A stretch of DNA of 64,000 nucleotides from Candidatus Marinacidobacterium sp. (GCA_965204755.1 OZ242011.1:3584001-3648000), one strand, 5' to 3'. Counted from the stretch's first letter, positions 36,901 through 46,186 are shown. Notes: generated from the sequence alone by a model not told the origin. A program made the numbers and translations.

Positions 36901-37235
36901 TCGGTGGCGGTGACGCAGTTCCAGAGGAGCGTCCGGTAGAACGCGGCGAACTGGCGGGGTTCGTCGAACTGCCCCTTCGCGAGACTCTTCCAGCCATCGT
37001 CTTCGAGGACCCGGCGGTCGGGCTCGTAGTTCCAGAAGACTTCGAGCGGCTCGCCGGGCGAGTCGTCCTCGGCGCAGGCGAGGCGGACGACCGCGGATTC
37101 GTCCGGCGCCGGTGGATCCTCGACCTGCTGGACGATCCACTTGCGCGATCTCACCTGCACCAGAGCGCCCTGGGCCGGCGGCGCGAGCGGCGATACGGCG
37201 AGTTGCCCGGTGGCCGCCGGGTTCGCCGGGTTCAT
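33951..37235 (-). CDS. drmD: DISARM SNF2-like helicase DrmD
   Basis: APFRAGIRLDAYQ, LPRVNLFIADDTGLGKT, DEAHH, SATPHNG, ATDAAREGLNLQ, QRNGRIDR, C-terminal PVGVVYLWP. Confidence 0.93.
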   Translation of the reverse strand: MNPANPAATGQLAVSPLAPPAQGALVQVRSRKWIVQQVEDPPAPDESAVVRLACAEDDSPGEPLEVFWNYEPDRRVLEDDGWKSLAKGQFDEPRQFAAFYRTLLWNCVTATDRDLLQAPFRAGIRLDAYQMEPLRKALRLPRVNLFIADDTGLGKTIEAGLIAQELLLRRKARQVVVAAPASVLDQWRTEMEERFGLVFKVLDRRYVSEVRRQRGFGANPWRTHPRFLVSHNLLRDPAYAEPMREWLGERLPGSLLILDEAHHAAPSSAGKYGIESKFTRAVRDLANRFEHRLFLSATPHNGHSNSFAALMEILDPRRFTRGIRIREKRELEPVLVRRLKDDLREVSGGFPERRVEAVVIADLPEDAPELRLSRLLDEYRSAREERLKKASKREQTAARLLLVGLQQRLLSSIEAFARTLEVHRKTVERQFAESSSSPDAATPTKGFIAAPDADDERADWEDDDLAKEEDEQAEALTRATDSPGSLPAGERRLLDEMARVAKEHRHLPDAKVRRLVRWIRENQCPDLPEFNKRPSGKPPRWSHRRVLIFTENREGTKRYLKEMLEAAVRYTDEADRRIEVLTGLTGLDNRREIQRRFNADPEKEPLRILIATDAAREGLNLQAHCADLFHFDLPWNPGRIEQRNGRIDRKLQPAPVVTCRYFKLPQRAEDRVLEVLVKKTETIRKELGSLARVISDTERLLRGGICPGNAGTLAGHLGQAGPRNPRVVREVLEATRDGSTGLQKQLEVCRNTLEKSRRHLRFDEDAFRDALSRSLELQNAGGLIEERSGGGQSVWRFPALTEQQASDPSWRTTLDSLRSPRKKDEKEAEWRKRARPRPVVFRDPERVAADVVHLHLEQRLAQRLLARFRSQGFLYHDLSRACLTQGADSIPRVVLLGRLSLYGAGAERLHQEVVRVAARWFPEHASTKKLRPFGESSDEHRRTMEVLDSALTQHRVPDERVHGPLLAQAPHDVAALRPALKSRADQRRKAAEAKLRSRGDAEAKALRTTLERQRKRVAEEWAKYRKEGPQRLLFDDLNREERRQAERDAKSWKRRLQHFETEIEEEPKRVRDFYQVRATRLEPVGVVYLWPDTN

Positions 37236-37309
37236 CGGCGGCGGATCGTACCGCCGGTCGGGAGCGGGGCGAACGGGGTCGCGGCGGAGCGCGGTGGCGG
37301 GAGCCGGGG

Positions 37310-38452
37310 TCAGGCCGGGTGGGGGATTCGGAGGCGGCGGGTGACTTGGCCGTCGTTCTCCCAGGGGGTGGCCTTGTAGCGGGAGGCCTCCTCGGCGGTG
37401 CGTTGGGGGCCGCCGGCGTCCTCGGCGCGGGCGGTGAGGCGGTGTTCGCCGGGGGCGGGGGCGGGCCAGGCGATCTGGAAGTGGCGGAGGCCGAAGGGGT
37501 GGGCGGTGGGGAGGAGATGGGCCGGGCGGAACGGGGCGTGGTCGAAACGGACGGAGACGCCGGTGACGGGAGATCGGCCATCGTTCCAGGCGAGGCCGTG
37601 GACGGTGTGGCGGCCGGTGCGGTCCGCTTCGACGCGGGTGACGAGGGACTTCAGGCGCATCCGGCCGATGGCGGAGGCGCGGTGTTCGATCCCGGTCGGC
37701 GTTTCGACGCCCTGGATCGTCACATAGTCCTTCGCCTGGTACCAGCCGGCGAACCGAGTGGGCCAGACCTCGATGCGGGTCACCCACTTCACCTGGGCGA
37801 TGCCGTAGAAGCCGGGGACGAGCAGCCGCAGCGGGCCGCCGTGTTCCGGGGGCAGGGGGGCGCCGTTCATCGTGTCGGCGAGCATCACCTCCGGCGCGAG
37901 GGCGTCGGCGACGGGGAGGCTGCGGGCGAAGCGGCCGGGGTAGGCGTTCCCTCGCAGGCGCTCGTTCGCGGCGTCGGCGCCGAAGAAGACGACTTCGCGG
38001 CTGTCGGCGCGGAGCAGGGGTTCGAGGAGCGGGGCGAGCGGCGTTCCTTCCCAGCGGGCGGCGCCGACGAGGCCGTGCATGCCGACGCCGCCGTTGCCGC
38101 AGCACTCGAAGGCCGCGACCCGGTTCGCGCGGGGCAGGGCGCGGAGGGCGGTCGGCGTCAGCGTCCCGTGCGGCGCTTCGCCGCGGCGGCCGACTTCGAG
38201 ATGGAACTCCGCCGGCGGGAGCGCGGGAACGCCCGAGTGGTCGAGGACGAAGAAGTCCTCGTTCGGGACGACTTCGCCGGTGATGCCGGTGAGATCGGTG
38301 TATCTCGCCCGGGTTCCCGGCGGGAGTGGCTCGATGTCGGCCCAGGGAAGCGTCGTCGACGCGGGCTGGGCGGCCGCCGGCCGCGGCCCGACGCCGGAAG
38401 GAACGGACGCCGCCGCGCCGAGGGCGGCGAGGAAGGCCCGGCGGTTCATCAT
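37310..38452 (-). CDS. Sulfite oxidase-family molybdopterin oxidoreductase with Tat signal
   Basis: MMNRRAFL; FECCGNG (Mo-ligating Cys region), MNGAPLPPEHGGPLRLLVPGFYG...VKWV; C-terminal dimerisation domain. Confidence 0.88.
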   Translation of the reverse strand: MMNRRAFLAALGAAASVPSGVGPRPAAAQPASTTLPWADIEPLPPGTRARYTDLTGITGEVVPNEDFFVLDHSGVPALPPAEFHLEVGRRGEAPHGTLTPTALRALPRANRVAAFECCGNGGVGMHGLVGAARWEGTPLAPLLEPLLRADSREVVFFGADAANERLRGNAYPGRFARSLPVADALAPEVMLADTMNGAPLPPEHGGPLRLLVPGFYGIAQVKWVTRIEVWPTRFAGWYQAKDYVTIQGVETPTGIEHRASAIGRMRLKSLVTRVEADRTGRHTVHGLAWNDGRSPVTGVSVRFDHAPFRPAHLLPTAHPFGLRHFQIAWPAPAPGEHRLTARAEDAGGPQRTAEEASRYKATPWENDGQVTRRLRIPHPA

Positions 38453-38546
38453 CGCGAAGGGGCGGGTGAACAGCGCCTCGGCGGTCGAGTACGAAGAAAG
38501 AGGCCGGCCCGGTCGGGCCGGCCTCTCGAAAGGAAGGATCGCTCGC

Positions 38547-41402
38547 TCAGAAGTACACGCGGATCGCGCCGCGAATGATCCTCGGCGAAAGGAAGTTGAG
38601 GACATCCCCGTAGGCGGAGCCGCTCGAAGTGTTCAGTTGGGTTTCCGTGTTGGCGTTCGTGATGTTGAAGATGTTGATCTCCGGGGAGATCCGCACATCG
38701 CCGATATAGAAGTCGCGGAAGAGCGCCATGTCGAAGGTCGTGACATTGGGCAGCCGCTCGCTCCCCACGGGAGCGGAGAGGATCGTCGCGCCGCCCTGGT
38801 TCAGCCCGGAGACGAAGAAGGTCCGGGCGACCGGCTGGCCGGTCTGGTACCGCATGACGCCCGAAGCGCGGATGCTCCACGGCGCGTGCCAGGTGCCGAT
38901 CACCTTGAACTGGTTGGTGCGGTCGTAGAAGGACTTGCCCTTCGCGTTCACCTGGTTGTTCGGGTTGGTGAATATGCCCGGGTTCGTGTTCTCCCACTGA
39001 CTCCCGCGCGACCACGCGTCCGTGTCGTTGTACGAGTAGGAGACGATCGCCTGCCAGTCGTTGGAGAGGCGCTTTTGCGCGATGACCTCGAAGCCGCGGT
39101 AACTCGTCTCGAATTTGTCCACGGTCTGGATGGCGAGTTGGCTGATGCCCACCAAGTCCGGATTCAGGTTGTAGATGGTGACCATGCCGGCGTCGTCCGC
39201 GGTGCCGACTGCGCCGTCCGGGCCGGGATCCTGCACATCCATCGGGGTGTACGCGGAGTCGGGCGCAGCCAAGTTGACGCTGTCCGACTTGTCGTTGCTG
39301 CTGCGCATCGAGAAGGTGGTCTGGATCCAGATGTCGCCCGGGAACTCGCGCTCGAGGCCGATGGTGAATTCATCGGTGTACTCGTGTTTCAGGTTGGCGT
39401 CCACCGTTCGCACGGCGGCGGTCCTTCCGAACTGGTCGGAGAGGACGGCGCCCTGTTCGCCGTTCTGGAATTGGTTGTCGCCGTTCAGGTCGTTCCACTC
39501 GTGGGTGTTCGACAGACTGCCGTTCTGGTTCACGAAGTTGGCGAAACCGGTGGAGAACTGGTGGTAGTAGCGGCCCCAACTCGACTTCAGGGCGCTCTTG
39601 CCGCCCTCTTCGAGCCCGATGACGAGGCCGAAGCGGGGGGCGAAACTGGAGAGGTCGAGGATGCCGGTCCGTTCGGCGAAACTGCGGGGGCAGCCGTCGG
39701 CCGCGCGGCAGTAAGTCCCGTCCGCGCTGTTCTGTTCCGGCAGCCAGCCGTGGTAGCGGTCCCAGCGCAGGCCGAGTTTCAGGGTGAGGCGGTCCCCGAT
39801 CGAGATGATGTCGTCTATGTAGGCCGAGGTCTGGGCGAGCGCCTGCGCCTCCGTCCTCGGTGTGTTGCGGAGGAGAACCTGGTAAGGCTCGCCGTTGTTG
39901 AACTGCAGGAAGACATCGCCGATTGCGGTCGTCTCGTTGCGGATCGGGTTGTGGGAATACTCCGCGCCGATCTTCAACTCGTGGTCGGCGCCGGCCACGC
40001 CTTCCGCGAAATAGGTCAGGTCACTCTTGTAGGAGAACCGCTTCCGGCGGCGCTCCACATTGAAGTCGCGCGCGTTGAGGAATGTCCCGGTGCCCACATC
40101 GTACCCGGCTTGGAGTCCGGCGGCCTTGGCTTCCTCGGTATGGGAAGTCGGGAACCAGACATTCAGGTGGGAGAACCGCGTGTCCAGCAGCGCGTTCTCG
40201 CTCAGGGTCGAGGTCCAGGTCGCCTGGATGATGCGGAAAGTGTCGTCCTCGATCCAACTCGCTTCCGGCGGGCGGTTGCCGGCGAGCCCCCGGCGCGGCT
40301 TCCAGTAGGACATCTCGTGCCATTCGAGGCTCACCTTGTTGCTCTGGGTAACTTCCGTGTCGCTCTTGATCACGAACTGCCACATGTCCGTGTCTTCGGT
40401 CACGCTGGTCACGCCGGAGACATAGCGGTGGACGCGCTCGTCCCGGAACGAGAAGTAGAAGGTCGAGCGGTCGCGCACCACCGGGCCGCCGAACTGGACA
40501 TTCGCGTCGGAGAGGTAGTCGAACTCGGACGCCGTCGCGCCGTTGTTCTCGAGTTCCTGCGTGAAGTTGTCGAACTGGGTGGCGGCGTTCTGGTAGTGGA
40601 AGCCGACGCCGCCGTTGAAGTCGTTGGTGCCGCTCTTGGTTACCATGTTCAGGTACACGCCGGGAGCGTTCACGGACGCCGGATGGGAGCCGGTCTCGAC
40701 CTGGACTTCCTCGAAACTGTCGTAGTCGTAGTAGTAACCGCTCGCGCCGAGGGCGGCCGGGCAGGTCACATTCACGCCGTTCAGGTAGTAACTGTTCTGG
40801 CCCCAGGAAGTGCCGCGCGCGGAGAAGACCGCCTGCAGGCCGGTCTCGCTCCCCCCGACATCGAGGCGGTTCGTGGTTACGCCGGGCGCCTGGTGCTCGA
40901 GCAGCGACCAGACATCGCGGGCGCTCGGCACCTCTTCGAGGAGGCTCTCGTCGAAGGTGGCGCCGATGACCGTGCTCTTCGTGTCGAGCAGCGGGGACTC
41001 GCCGACGACGGTGATCGTCTCCTCGAGGGTGGAGAGTTCGAGTTGGACATCGAGGGCGGTCGTCCGGCCGATGTCCACGCGGACGCCCTCGTTCACCCGG
41101 GTCTGGAAGCCGCCCAGTTCGAAGCGGAGGCTGTAGATGCCGGGCGGGACGGCCACGAAGCGGTAGGTGCCGGTGCCGCTCGAGACCGAGACTTCGGGCG
41201 AGCCGCCTCCGGTGAGGGTCACCGAGACGCCGGGGAGCACCTGGCCGGTGCCGTCCCGGACCGTGCCTTCGACCGTCCCGCTGGTGGTCTGGCCGAGGGC
41301 CGAGGCCGCGGGGAGCAGGACGAGCGCGGCAAGCGCGAGCACCGTCGGGGCGAGCGTGGCGGCGAAGCCGCCGAGCGCGCGTTCGGGGGAGCGTGTTCTC
41401 AT
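38547..41402 (-). CDS. TonB-dependent receptor (Oar-like, carboxypeptidase-regulatory N-domain)
   Basis: Signal peptide; GTVRDGTGQVLPGVSV, LGGF, ETITV; beta-barrel repeats; C-terminal PRIIRGAIRVYF. Confidence 0.9.
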   Translation of the reverse strand: MRTRSPERALGGFAATLAPTVLALAALVLLPAASALGQTTSGTVEGTVRDGTGQVLPGVSVTLTGGGSPEVSVSSGTGTYRFVAVPPGIYSLRFELGGFQTRVNEGVRVDIGRTTALDVQLELSTLEETITVVGESPLLDTKSTVIGATFDESLLEEVPSARDVWSLLEHQAPGVTTNRLDVGGSETGLQAVFSARGTSWGQNSYYLNGVNVTCPAALGASGYYYDYDSFEEVQVETGSHPASVNAPGVYLNMVTKSGTNDFNGGVGFHYQNAATQFDNFTQELENNGATASEFDYLSDANVQFGGPVVRDRSTFYFSFRDERVHRYVSGVTSVTEDTDMWQFVIKSDTEVTQSNKVSLEWHEMSYWKPRRGLAGNRPPEASWIEDDTFRIIQATWTSTLSENALLDTRFSHLNVWFPTSHTEEAKAAGLQAGYDVGTGTFLNARDFNVERRRKRFSYKSDLTYFAEGVAGADHELKIGAEYSHNPIRNETTAIGDVFLQFNNGEPYQVLLRNTPRTEAQALAQTSAYIDDIISIGDRLTLKLGLRWDRYHGWLPEQNSADGTYCRAADGCPRSFAERTGILDLSSFAPRFGLVIGLEEGGKSALKSSWGRYYHQFSTGFANFVNQNGSLSNTHEWNDLNGDNQFQNGEQGAVLSDQFGRTAAVRTVDANLKHEYTDEFTIGLEREFPGDIWIQTTFSMRSSNDKSDSVNLAAPDSAYTPMDVQDPGPDGAVGTADDAGMVTIYNLNPDLVGISQLAIQTVDKFETSYRGFEVIAQKRLSNDWQAIVSYSYNDTDAWSRGSQWENTNPGIFTNPNNQVNAKGKSFYDRTNQFKVIGTWHAPWSIRASGVMRYQTGQPVARTFFVSGLNQGGATILSAPVGSERLPNVTTFDMALFRDFYIGDVRISPEINIFNITNANTETQLNTSSGSAYGDVLNFLSPRIIRGAIRVYF

Positions 41403-41539
41403 TCGGATGCGTTCTCCTCGGGGCTCGCGCCCCTGGTCTCGTTCCTCCGGAACGCTTCCGGGGAAGACCGAGTTCTCTATCTTCGATTCGGGGGGCGCGG
41501 AAGTCAAACGGGAACGACCGGCGGCCCGTTGCGGCGGCT

Positions 41540-42913
41540 TCACCGGCGGGCGCCGCCGAGGGAGCAGGAGAAGAGCGCCCGCTGGGCGGTCGTCCAGTCC
41601 CCGGAGCCGTCCGCGTGCTGGATGAGCATCCGGCCCTCGCGGTAACTGTCGAGGTCGAGGGTGAACTCCTTGCCGTTCGACTGGCGGCCGCCGTGGTCCC
41701 AGGACGCCGGGATCCCCGGATCGTGGAACCGGTAGGTCCCGGTGCGCCCGTAGGCGATCCGGTTCGACCACACATCCATGCCGGGGATCAGGTCGGCGAG
41801 CCGCCCGGCGGGGGTGCGCGGGAGCGTGGTCTCCATCTCCAGGATCCCCGGGATGACGGCGCGGCGGAAGACGGCGCCGGGGCGCTCGGAGGAGGTGATG
41901 ACCAGCGGGGCGCGGCGGAGGGCCCGGTACCGCTGGGGCGCCCCCGGCGCGAGGCTGCGGAAGATGCCGAGCACCGCCTGCTCCTGCGGTCGTGTCAGGC
42001 GCTCGTCCAGGTAGAGGGCGACCCAGTGTTCCGGGCCGAGGGTGACGAACTCGGCGCCCGAGAGGTCGGTGTCCCCGTAGGCGCCGGTCTCGATCCGGGT
42101 GGCGGTCGTCGCGTGGCAGGGCGGGTGCGAGGGCGGGGCGTTGCTGCGGCAGGGGCAGGGGGTGTCGCAGGGGCAGGCGGTGAAGGCGTGGCCGGAGATC
42201 CGCCAGTGGGGGAAGTCCGCGGCGGGACGGGCGTCTGCGGTTCGGGCATCTGCGGTTCGGGCGTCCGCCGGTCGGGCCGGCGTCCCCGAGCCGGGAGGAA
42301 GGCGCATTCCCTGGCCGCCGGCGGCGCGCAGCACGAACCGGACGCTCTCCGCGAAGCGGAGCGGGATCGGGCCGCTGTCCCGGATCGTGGGCTCGTAGGT
42401 CCAGCGGCGGGCGGCGGCGGCGGCCGCGGCGGCCAGGTCGTCCGCGCCGCGCAGGGGGCGGGCGGCGGCGACGCGGCCGGCGCGGTCGAGGGTGAGTTCG
42501 AGGATGACGATCCCCTCTTCGCCCCGGGCGCGGGCGGCCTCCGGGTAGGCCGGCGGCTCGAACCGGGTCCGCAGCGGACGCGCGACTTCGCCGCCGACGG
42601 GGACGATCTCCTCCTCGGCCGGGAGATCGGGGCCGGTGTTCCCGCCGCTCGCCGGCGCTTCCGCGGCGTCGACTGACGGGCGCCGGCCGCCGCCGTCCGG
42701 TCGGGGTTCCTCCGCGGGGCCGCAGGCGGGCGCGGCGAGCGCCGCGGCGAGCAGCGCCGCCGCCGACGAGCCCCGGAGCGTCCCGGTCGCGCTCGCGGCG
42801 TACGCCGCCGCCGCCCGACGCCCGGCGGCATAATGCGGGAAGCGGCTGCGGCGGGGCCTCGCCCGGCTCCGCGGCGCGGACGCCGGAATCCGGTTCGAGC
42901 GAGTCTGCGACAG
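41540..42913 (-). CDS. Lipoprotein fusing a TonB C-terminal domain to DUF1326
   Basis: Frame open from 42961 to 41540: LAAPA-C lipobox; PPAYPEAARARGEEGIVILELTLDRAGRV...AARRWTYEP (TonB_C); then WRISGHAFTACPCDTPCPC...C...IETGAYGDTDLSG (DUF1326). No ATG/GTG/TTG before 42334, so the start is uncertain (CTG at 42913 or 42937). Confidence 0.72.
   Translation of the reverse strand: MSQTRSNRIPASAPRSRARPRRSRFPHYAAGRRAAAAYAASATGTLRGSSAAALLAAALAAPACGPAEEPRPDGGGRRPSVDAAEAPASGGNTGPDLPAEEEIVPVGGEVARPLRTRFEPPAYPEAARARGEEGIVILELTLDRAGRVAAARPLRGADDLAAAAAAAARRWTYEPTIRDSGPIPLRFAESVRFVLRAAGGQGMRLPPGSGTPARPADARTADARTADARPAADFPHWRISGHAFTACPCDTPCPCRSNAPPSHPPCHATTATRIETGAYGDTDLSGAEFVTLGPEHWVALYLDERLTRPQEQAVLGIFRSLAPGAPQRYRALRRAPLVITSSERPGAVFRRAVIPGILEMETTLPRTPAGRLADLIPGMDVWSNRIAYGRTGTYRFHDPGIPASWDHGGRQSNGKEFTLDLDSYREGRMLIQHADGSGDWTTAQRALFSCSLGGARR
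42228..42266 (-). repeat. 15-bp tandem repeat encoding the ADART linker (about 2.5 copies)
   Basis: CGGGCRTCTGCGGTT repeated between the two domains. Confidence 0.65.
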
Positions 42914-44184
42914 TGGAGAACGCGTCCGTCGAGCCAGCGACGGGGCGGCGGCGATTCTGCCTTATCCGCCCGGGGGAGAAGCGCCCGAACCGCCGCGCGC
43001 GGATCGGCGCCGGCGCGTTCTTGGGAGCGGCGGCGGCGACCGGTCTCGCCCCGACTCCCGCCCCGGCCCAACCGCCCCCGGAGGCGCAGGGCGCCCCGCC
43101 GGCGGAACTTCGGGAGGCCGCCGACGCGCTGCGGGCCGGGGAGTCCGAGCGCGCCGAGGCCGCCTTCCGGGCGTTCCTCGGCGGGCGGGAGGAGGATCCG
43201 GCGGCGCTCCAGCAGGCCGGGGCGCTCTGGCTGCTCGCCGGGGAACCGGCGCGGGCCATCCCCCTGCTCCGCGCCTCCGTGGCGGCGGATCCCGGTTTCG
43301 CGGACGCCCGGTTGGCCCTCGGGCAGGCGCTCGGCCAGACCGGCGACGCCGAGGGGGCGCTCGCCCAACTGGCGAAAGCGCGGGAGATCGCGCCCTCCCG
43401 CTACGAGGCCCCGTACCTGGCCGCCGCGGTCCTCGACCGGGCCGGCCGGCTCCCCGAGGCGGTGGAGGAGGCGCGGGCCGCCGCCGCGCTCGCTCCCCGC
43501 GATCCGCAGGTGCGGCGGTTCCTCGGGCGGTTCCTGCTGAGGATCGAGGCCTGGCCGGAAGCCGCGGCGGAACTCGAAGCGGCGCTTCGGCACGGGTTCC
43601 GGGACGATCCGGCCATCTTCGGCGAACTCGGCGCCGCGCTCCTCGGCCAGGAACGGCTCGACGCCGCCGAAGCCGCCTACGAACGACATCGCGCCTTCGC
43701 CCCGGACGACGCCGAAACCCACCTGCAACTCGGCTACATCGCCTGGCGCCGGGGGGAGGACGAACGGTCGGAGGAGTTGCTGCGAAGAGCCATCGCGGTC
43801 GACCCCGGCCTGCTGCGCGCCCACCACTTCCTCGGCCTCACCGCGCTCCGCCGGGACGACTTCGACGGCGCCGAAGCGGCGTTCCGCCTCGCGCTGGAAC
43901 GGGACGGCGGGTTCGCCGAAGCCTGGTTCCACCTCGGGAAGATCGCGCTCCGCCGGGGGAACCCGGAGGAAGCGGAGCGCCTGCTGGGAGAGGCCGTGGA
44001 GCGCGCCCCGGACTACGCCGAGGCTTACTATCAGTTGGCGTTCGCCCGGCGGCGGCTGGGAGACCGCGAGGGCGCCGACCGTTCGCTCGCCCGGTTCGAG
44101 GAACTCCGCCGCCGCGAGGCCCCCGCCCGTCCGGAAGACGAACCCCGTCAGCAGCCCGACCCCGTCAGGAGACGAGACCCATGA
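42913..44184 (+). CDS. TPR repeat protein, secreted
   Basis: Hydrophobic signal region followed by about 9 TPR-like repeats; start uncertain. Confidence 0.82.
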   Translation: MENASVEPATGRRRFCLIRPGEKRPNRRARIGAGAFLGAAAATGLAPTPAPAQPPPEAQGAPPAELREAADALRAGESERAEAAFRAFLGGREEDPAALQQAGALWLLAGEPARAIPLLRASVAADPGFADARLALGQALGQTGDAEGALAQLAKAREIAPSRYEAPYLAAAVLDRAGRLPEAVEEARAAAALAPRDPQVRRFLGRFLLRIEAWPEAAAELEAALRHGFRDDPAIFGELGAALLGQERLDAAEAAYERHRAFAPDDAETHLQLGYIAWRRGEDERSEELLRRAIAVDPGLLRAHHFLGLTALRRDDFDGAEAAFRLALERDGGFAEAWFHLGKIALRRGNPEEAERLLGEAVERAPDYAEAYYQLAFARRRLGDREGADRSLARFEELRRREAPARPEDEPRQQPDPVRRRDP

Positions 44185-45203
44185 CCCCGAACCGATTCCC
44201 CCGCGCCGCCTTCGGCGGCTTCCTGCTCCTCGCTGTCGCGGCTGCGCCGGCCATCGCGCAGCCGCCGGCCCCGGAAGTCCACGAGCCGGTCGCCACCTTC
44301 TCCATCGTCGCCCGCGACCCGGCCACCGGGGAACTCGGCGTGGCCGTCCAGTCCAAGTACTTCTCGGTGGGGCATGTGGTGCCCTGGGCGGAAGCCGGAG
44401 TGGGCGTGATCGCCACGCAGGCGAATGTGAACGCCGGCTACGGGCTCAAGGGGCTCGACCTGCTCCGCGAAGGACTCGGCGCCGAAGAGGTCCGCGACCG
44501 GCTGCTCGCCGAGGACGAGTTCCCGAATGTGGAAGGGCGGCAGTTCGCGGTCATCGATGCCCGGGGCGGCATCGCCGTCCACACCGGCGAGACCGCGAAC
44601 TTCTGGGCCGGGCACCGGGTCGGCGACCACTACTCGGCGCAGGGGAACATCCTGACCGGGCCGGAAGTGGTCGAGGCCATGGGGGACGCCTTCGAGGCGG
44701 CGGAGGGCACGCTCGCCGAGAAGATGCAGGCGGCGATGATGGCCGGCCAGGAGGCCGGGGGCGACAGCCGGGGCCGGCAGTCCGCGGCGATGCTGGTGGT
44801 CGGGAAGGGGATGGGCCGCAACATCAACAACGATGTGGTGGCCCGGCTGCAGGTGGAAGACCACCCGACGCCCATCGTGGAACTCGGACGGGTGCTGGAC
44901 ATCAACCTGGCGCTCTCCGCGATGTCCCGGAGCCGGGAGCGGATGCAGGCCGGCGACTCGGCGGCGGCGCTCGCCGAGGCGGAGCGCGCGGCGGAACTCT
45001 GGCCGGCGGCTTCGGATTCCTGGCTCAACCTGGGGCTCCTGCGGTACTCGGCGGGCGACCGGGACGGGGCGCTCGAGTCGCTGGAGAAGGCGGCGTCCAT
45101 GAACGACCTGTTCCGGGGGCAACTGGAGTCCACGCTGGGGTGGACGAACCATCCGGGGCTCGACGACGAGTTCCTGGCCGCGCTCTTCCCGGAGGGCTCC
45201 TGA
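44181..45203 (+). CDS. DUF1028 (Ntn-hydrolase-like) protein with C-terminal TPR
   Basis: TFSIVARDPATGELGVAVQS, IATQA, QGNILTG, GGDSRGRQSAA, VEDHPTPIVEL. Confidence 0.88.
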   Translation: MTPNRFPRAAFGGFLLLAVAAAPAIAQPPAPEVHEPVATFSIVARDPATGELGVAVQSKYFSVGHVVPWAEAGVGVIATQANVNAGYGLKGLDLLREGLGAEEVRDRLLAEDEFPNVEGRQFAVIDARGGIAVHTGETANFWAGHRVGDHYSAQGNILTGPEVVEAMGDAFEAAEGTLAEKMQAAMMAGQEAGGDSRGRQSAAMLVVGKGMGRNINNDVVARLQVEDHPTPIVELGRVLDINLALSAMSRSRERMQAGDSAAALAEAERAAELWPAASDSWLNLGLLRYSAGDRDGALESLEKAASMNDLFRGQLESTLGWTNHPGLDDEFLAALFPEGS

Positions 45204-46186
45204 CGGAGAGGGCCGCGCCGGCGCCGCCGCGCCGAAGGCCGGCGGGGGGCGGCGCCGCGCTGCTCGTCCTCGCCCTCCTCGGCGTCGCGGCCCCGACGCC
45301 GGCCCCGGCGCAGGACGCCGAGGAGTTGCTGCGGGCCGGGCGGCGCTGGCTGGACGCCGGGAACGCCGAGGCCGCGCTTCGCTCGTTCCGGCGGCTGGCG
45401 GAAGTCCGGCCGGACTCGCGTTCCCACTACTACCTGGGCGTCGCCTACCTCCAGGCGGAGCGTCCGGCGGACGCCGTGGCCGCCCTGAGACGAGCCGAGG
45501 CGCTCGCCCCCGCGCCGAACCGGGCGCTCTCGCTCTCGCTCGGGACGGCGCTCCTGCGGGCGGACGACCCGGAGGCGGCGGTCTCCGTGCTGGGCGCGGC
45601 GGCGCGCCGCCATCCGGGCGAAGTCGAGTTGCTGCTCCAACTGGGACATGCGCACTACCGGCGCCTTGACGCGGAGCGGGCGCGCGAAGCGCTCCTGGCC
45701 GCCCGCGGCGCCGACCCGGGGAATCCCCGGGCGCACTTCCACCTGGGGCTCGCGGAGTCGGCGCTCGGCGACCTGGCGGCGGCCGAGGCGTCGTTCCGCG
45801 AGGCGGCGCGGCTCGCCCCGGGTGACCCCGAGGCGCGGGTGGCTCTCGGCCGGACGCTCGCCCGGCTGGGGAGGGCCGGGGAGTCCCGGAGCGCCTACGA
45901 GGCGGCGCTCCGCGTCTGGCCCGGTTCGGCGGCGGCGCTGACCGGGCTGGGGATGCTCGACCTGGCGGCCGGGGACGCCGAAGGCGCCGCCGAGCGGTTC
46001 CGGGCGGCGCTCGCCTCCGAGCCGGAGCATCGGCAGGCGCTCTACAACCTGGGCGCGGCGCTTCGGCGGCTGGGGCGGTTGGCCGAAGCGGAAGAGGCGC
46101 AGCGGCGGTTCGACGCCACCGAGCCGGTGGGCCCGGCGTCGGCGAGCCGCTCCCGGGCCCGGCCGGACGCCGTCCGGCGCCGCTGA
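45200..46186 (+). CDS. TPR repeat protein, secreted
   Basis: Signal peptide and TPR repeats; probable CTG start in a CTGA overlap (alternative GTG at 45140). Confidence 0.8.
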   Translation: MTERAAPAPPRRRPAGGGAALLVLALLGVAAPTPAPAQDAEELLRAGRRWLDAGNAEAALRSFRRLAEVRPDSRSHYYLGVAYLQAERPADAVAALRRAEALAPAPNRALSLSLGTALLRADDPEAAVSVLGAAARRHPGEVELLLQLGHAHYRRLDAERAREALLAARGADPGNPRAHFHLGLAESALGDLAAAEASFREAARLAPGDPEARVALGRTLARLGRAGESRSAYEAALRVWPGSAAALTGLGMLDLAAGDAEGAAERFRAALASEPEHRQALYNLGAALRRLGRLAEAEEAQRRFDATEPVGPASASRSRARPDAVRRR

